From: Macrostomum lignano
Lineage: Eukaryota
Assembly: GCA_002269645.1 (NCBI GenBank)
Contig: NIVC01001195.1
Location: 248,001 to 312,000, forward strand
DNA: 64,000 nt
Direction of reading: 5' to 3'
Part shown: piece by piece, positions 11,601 to 24,140 of the stretch
Numbering within the stretch: the first letter of the stretch is position 1
Layout of the letters: every line of letters begins with the position of its first letter
Made by a program: the position numbers and the translations under genes
Notes under the pieces: generated by a model
What the model was told of the DNA's origin: nothing
The model's input: the letters and a program-made list of their open reading frames with translations, nothing else
The model's database searches: none

Positions 11601-13572
11601 GGAAGTGGGAGCGAAAGCCAGAAGCAGCAAAACCGGAAACCATTGAACCACAACTCTCACCTTGACCTGAGCGGCCACGCTGCACAGGTGATCGCCGCTG
11701 TCTTGGTCGAAGGTGTCAATCTGCAGGCGGAAGGGGACTCCCTTCTCTCCGCCGTGCTTCCTGGTTGTGAACTCGGTGCTGATGCAGTTGAGCTTCGCGC
11801 AGGCAGCGCACGGAGCTCCCGGCTGCCACAGGACCTCCACCGCGTTGATGCAGGCAGGGGAGGCGGCGATCCCGCGCAGGTTGTAGGACAGCGGGATGTC
11901 GATGTCGAGAACCCGTTCGCCAGGCCGGTTCTGGCGCCAGCACTCCAGGTGCTCCTGCTCCATGAACTGCAGGCGCCGGTCGTAGAAGCCGGCTCGAAAC
12001 TCGCTCTGGGGGTTGCCAGGCGGGGTTGTCGCAGTGACTGGGCTTTTGCCATTGGCTGCTTAGCTAAATGACCTGTTGATCCCCTCCCTACCTGCTCATC
12101 CCCTTCCTACCTGCTGATCTCCCCCCCACCTGCTGATCCCCTCCCTACCTGCTGATCCCCTCCGTACCTGCTGATCCCCTCCGTACCCGCTGATCCCCTC
12201 CCTACCTGCTGATCCCCTCCCTACCTGCTGATCCCCTCCGTACCCGCTGATCCCCTCCCTACCTTCTGCTCCCCTCCGTACCTGCTGATCCCCTCCGTAC
12301 CCGCTGATCCCCTCCCTACCTGCTGATCCCCTCCCTACCTGCTCATCCCCTTCCTATCTGCTGATCTCCTCCCTACCTGCTGATCCCCTCCCCACCTGCT
12401 GATCCCCTCCCTACCTGCTGATCCCCTCCGTACCCGCTGATCCCCTCCCTACCTGCTGATCCCCTCCCTACCTGCTGATCCCCTCCCTACCTGCTGATCC
12501 CCTCCGTACCTGCTGATCCCTCCGTACCCGCTGATCCCCTCCCTACCTGCTGATCTCCTCCCTACCTGCTGATCCCCTCCCCACCTGCTGATCCCCTCCC
12601 TGCCTGCTGATCCCCTCCCTGCCTGCTGATCCCCTCCCTGCCTGTTGATCCCCTCCCTACCTGCTGATCCCCTCCCTACCTGCTGATCCCCTCCCAACCT
12701 TTGATCTCCTCCCCACCTGCTGATCCCCTCCCTACCTGCTGATCCCCTCCCTGCCTGCTGATCCCCTCCCTACCTGCTGATCCCTTCCCCACCTGCTGAT
12801 CCCCTCCCTACCTGCTGATCCCCTCCCCACCTGCTGATCCCCTCCCTGCCTGCTGATCCCCTCCCTACCTGCTAATCCCCTCCCCACCTGCTGATCCCCT
12901 CCCTACCTGCTGATCCCCTCCCCACCTGCTGATCCCCTCCCCACCTGCTGATCCCCTCCCAAGATTCTGAATTTTGATCCTACTCAGCCGCTCAGCAACA
13001 TGCTCAGAAGATTTCTCACTCTAAGATTTCGCGCTATGTCCGCACTGGCAGAGCAGGACATTGTCACTTCATACGGCTGACCTGCAATTGAGAAACAACT
13101 TGAGGATTAGGTCCGAAATTAAAATCAAGAGTTAAAATTTTTGTTAAACTATAACTGTGGACTCGCCTTGATTCAAATAAGTCAGCGGCTCCTCATTGAG
13201 CTTAATCAGGGGCGAGGTGCAGGCAGACAGAGCGAAGTTGAACTGAAGCTCCGCGCCGCCGACAGACCGCTCCGGACAGGCGAATGACGCAGCGCCGGCA
13301 TCGTGCTGGGCGGTGGTGGCAAGCTTGAATGGAGCCAGCGGCAATGGCAGGACCACGGGCGGCTCTGCAGATGCGACTACAGGTGACAACAGATGGAGCT
13401 GCTGAATTTGATCTGGCCCAGCAACCAGACTGATCAGCTGGTTCTCAAAGCCGGCTACAGTTAGCAATGGCGGGATCATTGGCTGCCACTCGCCAGTCTG
13501 GAATCCTGGCCTGAGTTGCACAAAGCCTGCAGCTGAGCCCTGTGCCAGGGGCAGAGGTCCGTTGGCTGACAT
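5638..13572 (-). CDS. TFCP2: CP2/LSF (grainyhead-CP2 family) transcription factor, ~577 aa, 7 exons
   Basis: Exons (minus): 13572-13167, 13081-13020, 12005-11661, 9711-9428, 8565-8186, 6987-6845, 5751-5638, phases consistent. Motifs: TSPLIKLNEEPLTYLNQG-QPYEV, FYDRRLQFME..WRQNRPGERVLDIDIPLS, CISTEFTTRKHGGEKGVPFRLQIDTF, QVKVFKPKGADRKHKMD, SAM-like WLQRHRF..FGGTDLLRL, C-terminal FHPVYL..GPGGIPVSITDE. Confidence 0.93.
5782..6500. repeat. 23-nt minisatellite in TFCP2 intron 6 (~30 copies)
   Basis: unit ctcagggcctcacctgtgcctgt. Confidence 0.97.
6971..7180. repeat. 43/44-nt tandem duplication spanning the TFCP2 exon 6 splice acceptor (5 copies)
   Basis: gtacaccgggtggaacactgcaatattggg.. starts at 6971, 7015, 7058, 7102, 7145. 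Confidence 0.95.
7181..8010. repeat. 16-nt minisatellite in TFCP2 intron 5
   Basis: unit gggtcatagggtcact. Confidence 0.97.
8640..9395. repeat. 24-nt minisatellite in TFCP2 intron 4, split by a MITE
   Basis: unit cccagtccaaggagtgacggaaat on both sides of 8812-9148. Confidence 0.95.
8812..9148. mobile_element. 337-bp MITE-like DNA transposon with an 8-bp target-site duplication
   Basis: TIR ctgggttt..aaacccag. TSD agcccagt at 8804-8811 and 9149-9156. Internal motif aaatccagttgccaatg at 8831 and 9084, plus inverted attggcaact copies. Confidence 0.75.
9790..11620. repeat. 21-nt G-rich minisatellite filling TFCP2 intron 3
   Basis: unit gggagggatggggaattgtga, + strand almost C-free. Confidence 0.97.
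12075..12960. repeat. 19-nt minisatellite in TFCP2 intron 2
   Basis: unit cctgctgatcccctcccta. Confidence 0.97.
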
Positions 13573-14258
13573 GGTCAGTTCAGTCAGTGTGACTCAAGTT
13601 AGAACATGAGATGCAAAGCCACATTGAGTTTAACACTCAGTAGGGAGTGTAAAGCGTTGCTCAAAGAGAAACAAACTTATTCTATGAATCCAAATAGAAA
13701 AGTTTTCACATCTTTCATTTTTTGCTTAGCATGTAGCAGACAGACCTTGAATTCCCCTTAATCAGATTTAGCTATTAAAAATAATAGGTCTGTAAGCTTA
13801 CACAAAAGAGTAAATAAATTATTATATGCAGCAAAAAATATAAAAAAGAATGTATTGTATATTGTAGACTAACTAGACTTCATATAACATTACAATTTTA
13901 AGCTATACCAAATCAAAGACATTATGTAAAATTATATTAAAAATATTCAAATCATATATTATGTATTAAAATTCACATTGCAAATCAATCAAATTAGTTG
14001 CACATAATTTAAAATAAAAGCATAAGTCTGCCAGTTTTGATATGAAAGTAAATTTCTTTGTGGTCTCTTTAACCTTTGTGGCTGTGTAGGTTTATAGCCA
14101 AACCATTTAATAGTATAACAAATTGGTTCAAAACTATATCATTAGTCAAAACAATGCGAAATAAATTGTGAGTTAAATTTCTTTTATGACTTGATTCTTT
14201 ATGCCATAAAAACCAGAAGCTTATGAGTTTGACAGGACTCTTTCAGCTAATTCAAAAT

Positions 14259-14516
14259 CAAGAACTACTTAACAGCTCAGGACGTTAGGCCCTACACTCG
14301 CGAACCGCTTGCTTTAGCTGTGTCTATGGCTTTTCAATAGCCTTTTCAATAAAGAAACAAGTGCTAAAATATATCTACTGATAGATAATTATAATTTTTT
14401 CGCGTTATAATATTTATTTTCACAACTATACAAACAGCTAAAGCAAGTGGCCTTTTCTAGAATTTCTACCATTCGCGACCGCGAGTGTAACGCCCTGAGT
14501 TGTTAAGTAGTCCTTG
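14259..14516. mobile_element. Foldback/MITE-like element with long imperfect inverted arms
   Basis: Left caagaactacttaacagctcaggacgtta..cactcgcg..cttgctttagctgt matches the reverse complement of right acagctaaagcaag..cgcgagtgtaacgccctgagttgttaagtagtccttg. Exact ends and TSD ambiguous (TA or TTAA). Confidence 0.7.
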
Positions 14517-15449
14517 TTCAACTTTCTCTAAAATATACGAACGAAGACCAGAAAAAATGACAAACGTAATGTATTATAATATAGTATTAGCTAGTATACA
14601 TTGACAAATAATTAGGAAATGAAATTATTATCAACGATTCAAGTAACATTGTCCTAGAAAAGAAAGCACTCCTAAAGCGATTGCGATATTCTCAAATATG
14701 GCTTGTCCATTAAATACACAGCGGAAGGTGGTGGCGGCTTGAGCGCGATAATTTTTATTAAATTAAATATCTTCGTTTAAAAAGTTAATGTGCTTAAATA
14801 AGCAAAATATCATAAAAATAAAGCACACTTTAAATTATGCTTTTGCTAAGTGTCTTGCTACTTTTAAGTCACAAGCTAATTTTTTTTCGGTAGTTGGACG
14901 TTACCATTTGTTTAAAAGCATAAGTTAAAAACTACAACACCGTTGACTACAATAATGACTTTAAAACACTACAACACACGCGATAAACTACGTGCCAATA
15001 AAAGTCCCACGTCAAAAATGTACAGGGATTAGATGGCGTTTTAATACGTGTATTCTAGCACTTTTTGAATTTAAGGCGTAAAAATTTGTTCTAGCTTTAA
15101 AAGATTGGTTATAGTTATACCAATTGCAACTAGACCCCCTATATTGAAGTACAATACATGTATGCATAGCATAGCATAGGAATAGTTCACTCATTTTGGA
15201 TTAAATATCATTTGTATTAAAGATCACTTGTAGCAAAGTGTACCCCCTGATTGTCATTTATTTTTACCTTGGTTTTTTGTCTTTTCATATACTTTGGGTG
15301 TGTCAAAGTTTGTCACTGTATACCTGTCTAGATTATATAGGCATAGGCCTATACACTTGTGGGTAGTGCAGCTACAAATTATATTTAGTGTAAGCTATAC
15401 CAGTGCATTTAAGATGCATTAGGTGTTTACAGACCAACCTATTGGAAGA

Positions 15450-18400
15450 GTTTAATAAGTAGATTTAGCAGGGACAGCACAATCAAAATTTGTCTATGCA
15501 GCAAATAATAATCATCATGAATCTTGACAAGATGCCTGCACCAAGCAGATCTGCAAGGTGTTTAGTAGCTGGGGTTTGAAATTTGAATGACAACCTAAAC
15601 TGCCTGGTTGCTAAGGATCAAGGATGAAACCTGGTTCCACCTGGATGGCAAGGGCAGCAAGGCAGACATGTTGGTACTCATGTTGGGTTGGATAAAGTAC
15701 CCATCAGCACTCTGCTCCAAAAGCAGTGCCTTGCCAATAGAAGCACAATGCTGCATCCCAAAGCAACTGTTGAGTTAAACTACTAGTGATTGCGCCAATG
15801 TATCTTTGTGGCTCTTAGGCCTACATGTAGACTAAAAATTGGCAATTTGGTATAGATAAACATGTCATTATAGATAAAAGACTATGATAAAAATCTACAA
15901 TAAATCAACAGAAATCAACAGCTTTAGATACTGGTTATTAACTTAAAAATATCTAACAGTAAAATAACTATTTATATCCTGGTTTGACCTTACAAAAGAG
16001 ACCTGAGGATGCCATTGCCAAACATGCATTGAACAAAGACCTAGCACAATACTCTCATTGATTGCCTTTCGCTACAACAGAAGCTTGATAGAAACAGCAG
16101 TACAGTTAGAAGCAGAAGCTTGAGCTTTAGAGCTGGGGTGCAATGGCCAAAATTCATGTCAAATTAGGCTTCCAGAAATGTCTGTGCAAGCACAGACTTC
16201 AATTGCTAGGTTGATTTTATCAGATCACTTGTCAAAGCAGATGTAAATTGATTACAATCATAAAAAATGGACAATAAAAACTACATTAATAGTTTGCTAA
16301 TATAGTAAATATAGTAACTAATTAGAGATTTAGTATATTTGCAATAAAACAAAAAACAGTAGAGAAACAAACAATACACAATTTCTTAACATCAATATTT
16401 TTTTAATAAAATAGTACTTGATGAGATAAAGTAGGCCTAAATGAACAGGAGCTAAAGTTATTTTTATATTTACCACTGTCATCAACAAGTACTACCAATC
16501 TAATTGCAAGCTCTTCAATGCAGGTAGGTCTACACCAGCAATGTAAAACCAATTTTCGCCCTGAAGCAACAACATAGATGTAACCCTATGAATGTGAAAA
16601 TAAAACAATAAGGGTAAACTCTCCTTTATTATTGTGTCTGAGAACATGTCTAAGTGACAGAAACAATAAATGGCCAGATTAAAAAAAACAAATGATGGAA
16701 GAGTTAAGAACTTACATTCCACTGCTCAATGGTATGTGGTGGGTTATGGCTATGTTGGCTCTAAAGACAATTGGCACACAGTTGCAAAAAGTGGCACAAG
16801 GTGCACCAAAAATGCGTACTATGAGCTGAATTGAATGCAGGTACCCATTGGCTTTGCAAATTTGCCATAGGCCACTTGATCATGTCTTTGTTGCTCCTCC
16901 CAGCCTGTTTCGGCAGCCTTAATGCATTCCTCATAGTAACTATTTAGTTCCTCATAGTTATCACAGGGTGGCTCATTAGCTGGTAATGTAGCTGTAACTG
17001 TCGCAGCTTTTTGGCCAGGCTGCATGCTGATATGAAAAGAAAAGACTCTAAGAATCCTACTTCTCTTGTCTGTTGCTACTTAATCAATTGTTTTAAAATA
17101 TAAAACGATGAAAATTGCCTAGTATGGGGGGATTCCATGCAGACCAAAGGGATTTTTTATTATACTTACTATCTAAAGGTTCATTAATAGTCATCAAACA
17201 AGCTCAAAATGTTTAAGAATTATTGAAAATATCAGTGAAACTAGATGCGACTTATAAATATATTAACTTCATTTAGCCTAGTTTAAATAGATGCATTTCA
17301 TAGTTTCCACTTGACCATAATAATTTAAGCAAAGATGAAAACTTACAAAACTTAAGCATAACTTACAATGCCTGACTGTTATGTATAGAAATCTGTCACT
17401 TGACAGCTTGTTGGTCAGGCACATAGTGCCGTGAAGAAAACTGCACATTGGAAACCTTTTCATGCAACATTTTGGCTTGCCTTGATCTCTAAAATATATC
17501 TTTTTTATATATTACAAAGCAGAAAATTTCTTAAAAAACTTATTTAACAAAACAGTAAAAAAAATTTATGTACTATAGATAGAATTTAGTACCATATTTT
17601 CACATTTATTATAGAAATAGAATTTAATAGAAATTGCTATTAAATTCAGCATAGAAATTCAGCAAATTCAGCAAATTTAGCATTAATATAGAATTTTTTT
17701 CAATAAAAGAAATATTAAATAGAAACAAAATTTATACAAATATAATATACTAAATTATGTCTATTACAACAAGAAAAAGGAATTAAAGGCAATTGGCAAA
17801 TGGCAAAATTATAGCAAAATGGAAAAATTGTTTTCTATGTTCCCCTTGTATATTTTAGGCCTAAGAAAATTAAAATCACAATCACAATCACAAACAATCA
17901 TTTAAAATTTTACTATATAAGCTTAACTTCATCTACAAAATCAACATTCACTTTTACACAATCTACACCATTGCATTATATATAGAAAATTTTTACCAAT
18001 TATTCCAATCATTCTTCAAACTCAAAAAGATATCTTTTTAGGCCCAAAAATCTCTAGGCTCCTAAATTGGTTAAACTTCTGGAAGCTAAGGCTATGCTAT
18101 TGTCCTTGGTGGCTGCAGTCTCTTAATTGGTGCTGCCAATAGCAGGATGTCTAGAAGCAACAATAGAATCAGTGCTTGCCTTGCTAGTTGAGTCATTATT
18201 AGGATCATTTACCAAGTGTAGAGTCCTCTTATTCATCTCTTTTCTATTTGGAATAAGTAAGTTAGTTGATAAGTGTTAAGTATAGCAGGATTTTATTAAA
18301 ACTTATATTGTGATATAGTACAATAGTCTTCTATTTGCTAGCCAACTTGTCCAATTCAAATCTTTCTATCATTGTCATTGAATTCTACTTTTTGTTCTCT

Positions 18401-18600
18401 TTCTCAATCTTCAGAGACTTGTTAGTTGACAATGGGATTAACTCATCATTGAAGACAAAATGGCATTTACCATCAGAAATATCATCCCAATAAACCAAGA
18501 TATGTTGCATTCTAGAGGCCATTTGCACTGAATTGATGGTTGCAGGAGGCCTGTTGGCACCCTGGCACAACAAATTTAAGGTTGAGTCAAATTAATTCAT
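15450..18600 (-). pseudogene. Decayed, intron-containing KDZ (Kyakuja-Dileera-Zisupton)-like transposase
   Basis: Minus frame from 16239: IEVCACTDISGSLI*HEFWPLHP...TAVSIKLLL*RKAINES, resembling the CxC cysteine cluster of KDZ transposases. Further 3' (~15700-15770): HCASIGKALLLEQSADGYF, resembling the CxxC..DGNF first catalytic motif. Other exon-like islands with in-frame stops lie at ~16820-17025, 17370-17490, 18050-18240, 18385-18570. Motif match is from memory. Confidence 0.5.
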
Positions 18601-18970
18601 AATTGATGCCTTGCCCCATTCTTGGCTTAGTTTGGCCTGGAAACCATAGAGCCATAGAGTATTTTATAAAAATCATTTATATATAACAATTTAAAAAAAT
18701 AAAACTTTTCTTTGATATTACTATAAAGTATTTTAATGAGATAATAGGCCTAAATAAAAGATGTAAAATTTGTATTTCTAATTGCTATTGAAATAAAAAC
18801 ATGAAATGCATTATCAATATGCTCATGGTCATGCGATCCATATCCACTATGGCACCTGAATATTCAATAATGTGGTTTGTTTCCTTTGTTATCTTACAAA
18901 ATATCTTTAATGAAACCAGGTGAAATCCAGCTATCCTATTTACCCAAATTCCCTCAGCCTAGCAACTGGC

Positions 18971-21900
18971 ATGACAGGTTCTTCACCAGACTTGCTTGGT
19001 CGTCGCATTGAACTAGATGGCCATTTTGGCATTGTGAAATACATTGGGCCAGTGGGGAGCAGTCGAGACACCTGGTTGGGGATAGACTGGGACGAACCTG
19101 AGCGCGGCCGGCACAATGGCACCCACAATGGAGTGCAGTACTTTAAGGTAGGTGTTGCATAAATTTGTCCCTTGGCTGCTCTCAGTCATGGGAAAATGTG
19201 CACTGCATAAGGCCAATAAGTTACTATTAAAAAGCATAAAAAGCTGAAATGGTTTCTGAGAAGCTTTCATAACACAAAAAATTAGTGGGAAGAATGATAA
19301 AAGGCACAACCTGAAAAGTAGAACCAGAAGCATGATAAAAGACACAACCTAAAGAGTTGGAAGTATGATGAAAGACAACCTGAAGAGTTGGGAGTATGAT
19401 GAAAGACAACCTGAAGAGTTGGGAGTATGATGAAAGACAAGCTGAAAAGTTGGGAGTATGATGAAAGACAAGCTGAAGAGTTGGGAGTATGATGAAAGAC
19501 AAGCTGAAGAGTTGGGAGTATGATGAAAGACAAGCTGAAGAGTTGGGAGTATGATGAAAGACAACCTGAAGAGTTGGGAGTATGATGAAAGACAAGCTGA
19601 AGAGTTGGGAGTATGATGAAAGACAAGCTGAAGAGTTGGGAGTATGATGAAAGACAACCTGAAGAGTTGGAAGTATGATGAAAGACAACCTGGAGAGTTG
19701 GAAGTATGATGAAAGACAAGCTGAAGAGTTGGGAGTATGATGAAAGACAACCTGAAGAGTTGGAAGTATGATGAAAGACAAGCTGAAGAGTTGGAAGTAT
19801 GATAAAAGACACAACCTGAAGAGTCGGAAGTATGATAAAAGACACAACCGTAAGAGCCGGAAGTATAATAAAAGAAATAGCCGAAAAAGCTTCAGTTACA
19901 TTAGCTTATGTCACGTGACAGTTGATTCATCCTATAAAGGTTTACATGTGTGCCATATGCAAGCAGATAAATCTCCAGGCAGTTCTGCTGTCCCAATGCT
20001 TGCATCCTGACAAGTCCCAATCCCGCGCATTCACCAGGCTGCGCAGGCCACGTCAGCCTCCTTCGTGAAGGCCAGCCGCGTCAATGCGGGCATCGGGCTG
20101 CTGGAAGGCATTATTCAGCGGTACACCGCGCCAACGGACGATTTCTGTGGACTCAGCCAGGCCGAGCTGGCATTCGAAGGCGATCACAACAGGGATGCCA
20201 AGCCTATTGAGCTGTTCGGCATGGTCAAGACGGCTCAGCGAATTTCACAGCTGGCAACGCTGCAGTCGGTCCTGCTGACGGGTGAAGTTCTGCTCCTTGC
20301 ACCTGCTGCTTGTGCTGAGATTGGGGACCTGGTTGTCGTATGTAAAAGCAAGAAAATTCCTATTATGAAGATAATAGCCCCTAAAATCTATATCATTGCG
20401 TGGGGAATCCCTATTCTTCAGTGAGGACCCCATTTAGGGAGTCGTTTCGTTAGCGCTTAACTTTCTACTGACTCAAGTAGACTAAATAGAGTTTTTTTAA
20501 TGCGAAAGCGATTCTAATTCAGAAAGTGCCGCCGAGCAGATGCACTTTAGACTCAACTCAGTGATTCTACTGCGACTATCTCGCCTCAAGTACGACTCCA
20601 CAGCCCCAGAGTCACTTGCGTTGTTCCAGAGTCGTTTCAGAGTCGCAGACAATAAAACGCCTCAAATGGACTCTTAGGCAACTCTTGAACGACTTTTTGA
20701 CAATTTGTACCGTAACCTTGAGTGGGGAATCCCTATTCTTGCTTGGGAAATCTCTATTCTTGCTTGGGAAATCTCTATCCTTGAGTGGGGAATCCCTATC
20801 CTTGAATGTGGGGAATCCCTATCCTTGAGTTGGGAATCCCTATCCTTGAGTGGGGAATCCCTATCCTTGAGTGGGGAATCCCTATTCTTGCGTGGGAAAT
20901 CCCCATCCTTAAGTGGGGAATCCCTGTCATTGGTTGTGGAATCTCTATAATTTAGTGGGGAATCCCTATAACTGAGTGGGGAATCCATTTTCTTAATTGG
21001 GCAGTCCCTATGATTGAGTGGAAAATCTGTAACCATGATTTGGAAATTCCTATTTTTTAGCGAGGAATCCCTATTCTTCAGCGTGGAATCCCTATTATTC
21101 ATCGGGGAATCCCTATTCTTCAGCTGGGAATCCCTATTCTTCAGCTGGGAATCCCTATTCTTCAGCGGGGAATCCCTATTTTTCAGCGGTAATCCCTATT
21201 TATTACTGAGAAATTCTTTAAATATCTAATAATGGGTAAATATCTCTAATAACCAATATTTGGATCTCACGATTGTAGATTTTTCATCACGTATAAAATA
21301 TTGGTTTCAATTGCAGTCTAAGATTTGAAATGCAAATCCTGTTATTTATAACCGCATCAAATTTCTGCACCCAGGCGTTCCCGTGGCATTCTGCAGCACC
21401 GAAGATGCCAGCGAACTGAGCAGCCGCCTGCCCAGTCTCACCGAGCTGGACCTGAGTCTCACCCTGTTCCACGACTGGGTCGAGTTGGCCAGAGTGGCCA
21501 AGGCTCTGCCAAATCTTCGGGTGCTCAATCTCAGCCAGAATGTGCTCGCCTCGCCTGTTGGTGCGTGCGGTGGACTGACTGTAATGTTTTTATTAGGATA
21601 GAAATGTATTTCTAACAGGTACAGGTAGATAGAGGGAGATAGAACAGGTAGATAACGGCAGATGAAACAGGTAGATAATGGTAGATAGAACAGGTAGATA
21701 ATGGCAGATAGAACAGGTAGATAACGGCAGATAGAACAGGTAGATAACGGCAGATAGAACAGGTAGATAACGGCAGATAGAACAGGCAGGCAACCCAATG
21801 GGTGCCAGATCGCAGCTCGCCAACTCCCCGCAGGTTTTGTCCCCGACCCAGCCGACTCATTCGGCTCGCTGGAGTCTCTGGTGCTCAACAAGGTCGGTCT

Positions 21901-24140
21901 CGACTGGCCCGAATGTTTAACGTTGTGGCGCCTGGCGCCAAAACTGCGCCGATTGGCGCTGTCGCACAACGCCATCTCGGCCGTCACCGGGGACCTGCCG
22001 GAGCACGCGGCCAACCTGCTTGAGCTCGACCTGGCCTTCAATCCGCTGGACTCCAACTGCATGGCCGGTCTGAGCTGCCGTTTGCCCAGTTTGAAATTGC
22101 TGAACCTGGCCGGCTGCCAGCTGACCGAGTTCAGCCTCCCGGATGAGGCTCAGGTAAAATATTGCAACGACTCAAACAAATGTGCTTTAGTCTACAGCGA
22201 CTTTGGCACGCCGCAGATACGACTCTACGGCCCCAGAATCACCACAGAGTCGCAGACAATAAAACACCTCAAACTGACTTGAGCGACTCTTTGGCGTTGT
22301 TTTAGAGTCCTCTAGAGTCACTTCTTTCCTTTCTTACCTGTGTTACCTAAAACGACTCTGGGAAATCTATTTGTAACTCGCCTGCATGAGGATGGATAGC
22401 GGACCATAAAACTGCTCAACACTTCACAGGCCCCGTTCCCATCGCTGGAGTCGCTGGCTCTGTCCGGCAATCGCCTGGCTGACTGGGCCTCCGTGTCCCA
22501 GCTGCACCGGCTGCCCAAGCTCAGCTCGCTAATCCTGCTGGATAACCCTCTGTGGACTGCTCAGGACGAGGCCACGTCTAGGTTTGTAATGCTAGCATAT
22601 TGTGGTCTTGTGTCTTTGTTCCTGATGTCTGATTCCCAGTGTGTCTTTGTTCCTGTTCTGTCTGATTCCCAGTGTGTCTTTGTTCCTGTTCTGTCTGATT
22701 CCCAGTGTGTCTTTGTTCCTGATGTCTGATTCCCAGCGTGTCTTTGTTCCTGTCCTGTCTGATTCCCAGTGTGTCTTTGTTCCTGTCCTGTCTGATTCCC
22801 AGTGTGTCTTTGTTCCTGATGTCTGATTCCCAGTGTGTCTTTGTTCCTGTCCTGTCTGATTCCCAGTGTGTCTTTGTTCCTGTCCTGTCTGATTCCCAGT
22901 GTGTCTTTGTTCATGTCCTGTCTGATTCCCAGTGTGTCTTTGTTCCTGTCCTGTCTGATTCCTAGTGGAAATCCTATTGAATTATTAGGAGTGCCTTTGT
23001 TCAAATTCTATCTATTCTACCTGTAGTGCATGAAACTTGAATTAATTATTAAAGTAAGAAATAAGTCTTCGTTCCAGCCGGCCACACTCAGCCCCCAGCC
23101 CGCCTCAACCCAACACAGGCAGCTGGCCATCGCCCGCCTGCCCCGCCTGCGGCTGTTGAACCGCAGCCGTATCGAGCGCGACGAGCGGTTCGGGGCCGAG
23201 ATCGACTACCTGAAGCGGCACTACGCCCAGTACCGCGATCTCACGGCGGCCGGCGGCGACCCGGAAGCTGCAGCCAAATTTAAGCGGCTTCATCCAAGCC
23301 TGCCAGTCCTATTAGACAAGCTGGGCGCCCCGGATGAGGCCGAGATGGCCGGGACGGCGGCGCGGGCGCTGAAGGACTCGGTGCTGGAGGTGCGGCTGCG
23401 CTGCAAGCGGGCCGACACGGGAGAGGTGAGGAGGCCGCTGAAGTGCTGAAGTGGAACTGTTTAGCTAATACTGACTGCCACTTGAATTAGCTCGAAAACC
23501 CCAAAGTATCTCCGTGAATTCTCAAGAATCGCCCTGAACCATCCTGAAGAATCGCCCTGAACTATCCTGAAGAATCGCCCTGAACCATCCTGAAGAATCG
23601 CCCTGAACCATCCTGAAGAATCGCCCTGAACAAACCCCAAGAATCGCCCTGAACAAACCCCAAGAATCGCCCTGAACAAACCCCAAGAATCGCCCTGAAC
23701 AAACCCCAAGAATCGCCCTGAACAAACCCCAAGAATCGCCCTGAACAAACCCAAGAATCGCCCTGAACAAACCCCAAGAATCGCCCTGAACAAACCCCAG
23801 GAATGGCCCTGAACAAACCCCAAGAATCGCCCTGAACAAACCCCAAGAATCGCCCTGAACAAACCCCGAGAATCGCCCTGAACAAACCCCAAGAATCGCC
23901 CCGAACCCACAGGAGAGCAAGCAGATGGCAGTCACGAAGCGCCTGCCGGGCCGCATGCTGGTGCAGCACCTGATCGCCTTCATCCGCAAGGCCTTCCGGC
24001 TGCCGCCAACAGCCCATGTTGAGCTTTTCTACCTGTGCGACAATATGCCGGGCATCGAGTACCCCATGGAGGTGGAGACTCGCGAAGTGCTGTACTACAA
24101 TATCGCCTCTGGGGACACGATTCTGGCCAAGTACTCATGA
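18971..24140 (+). CDS. TBCE: Tubulin-specific chaperone E (CAP-Gly, LRR, UBL), ~537 aa, 7 exons
   Basis: Exons 18971-19147, 20038-20281, 21375-21560, 21834-22153, 22430-22581, 23119-23425, 23913-24140, all GT-AG and in phase. CAP-Gly WLGIDWDEPERGRHNGTHNGVQYFK, LRR repeats, ERFGAEIDYLK, C-terminal UBL KRLPGRMLV..LYYNIASGDTILAK. Confidence 0.95.
19290..19870. repeat. 31-nt minisatellite in TBCE intron 1
   Basis: unit gaagagttgggagtatgatgaaagacaagct. Confidence 0.95.
20720..21200. repeat. ~21-nt degenerate minisatellite in TBCE intron 2
   Basis: core gggaatccctattctt. Confidence 0.9.
21615..21790. repeat. 23-nt minisatellite in TBCE intron 3
   Basis: unit gatagaacaggtagataacggca. Confidence 0.92.
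22615..22965. repeat. 30/33-nt minisatellite in TBCE intron 5
   Basis: unit ctgattcccagtgtgtctttgttcctgtcctgt. Confidence 0.95.
23525..23905. repeat. 23-nt minisatellite in TBCE intron 6
   Basis: units gaatcgccctgaaccatcctgaa then gaatcgccctgaacaaaccccaa. Confidence 0.95.

Noticed and set aside
20430-22320. Dispersed gagtc/gactc-rich segment repeated at ~20640 and ~22246
   Set aside because: Probably fragments of one small TE family, but termini and TSD are not identifiable.
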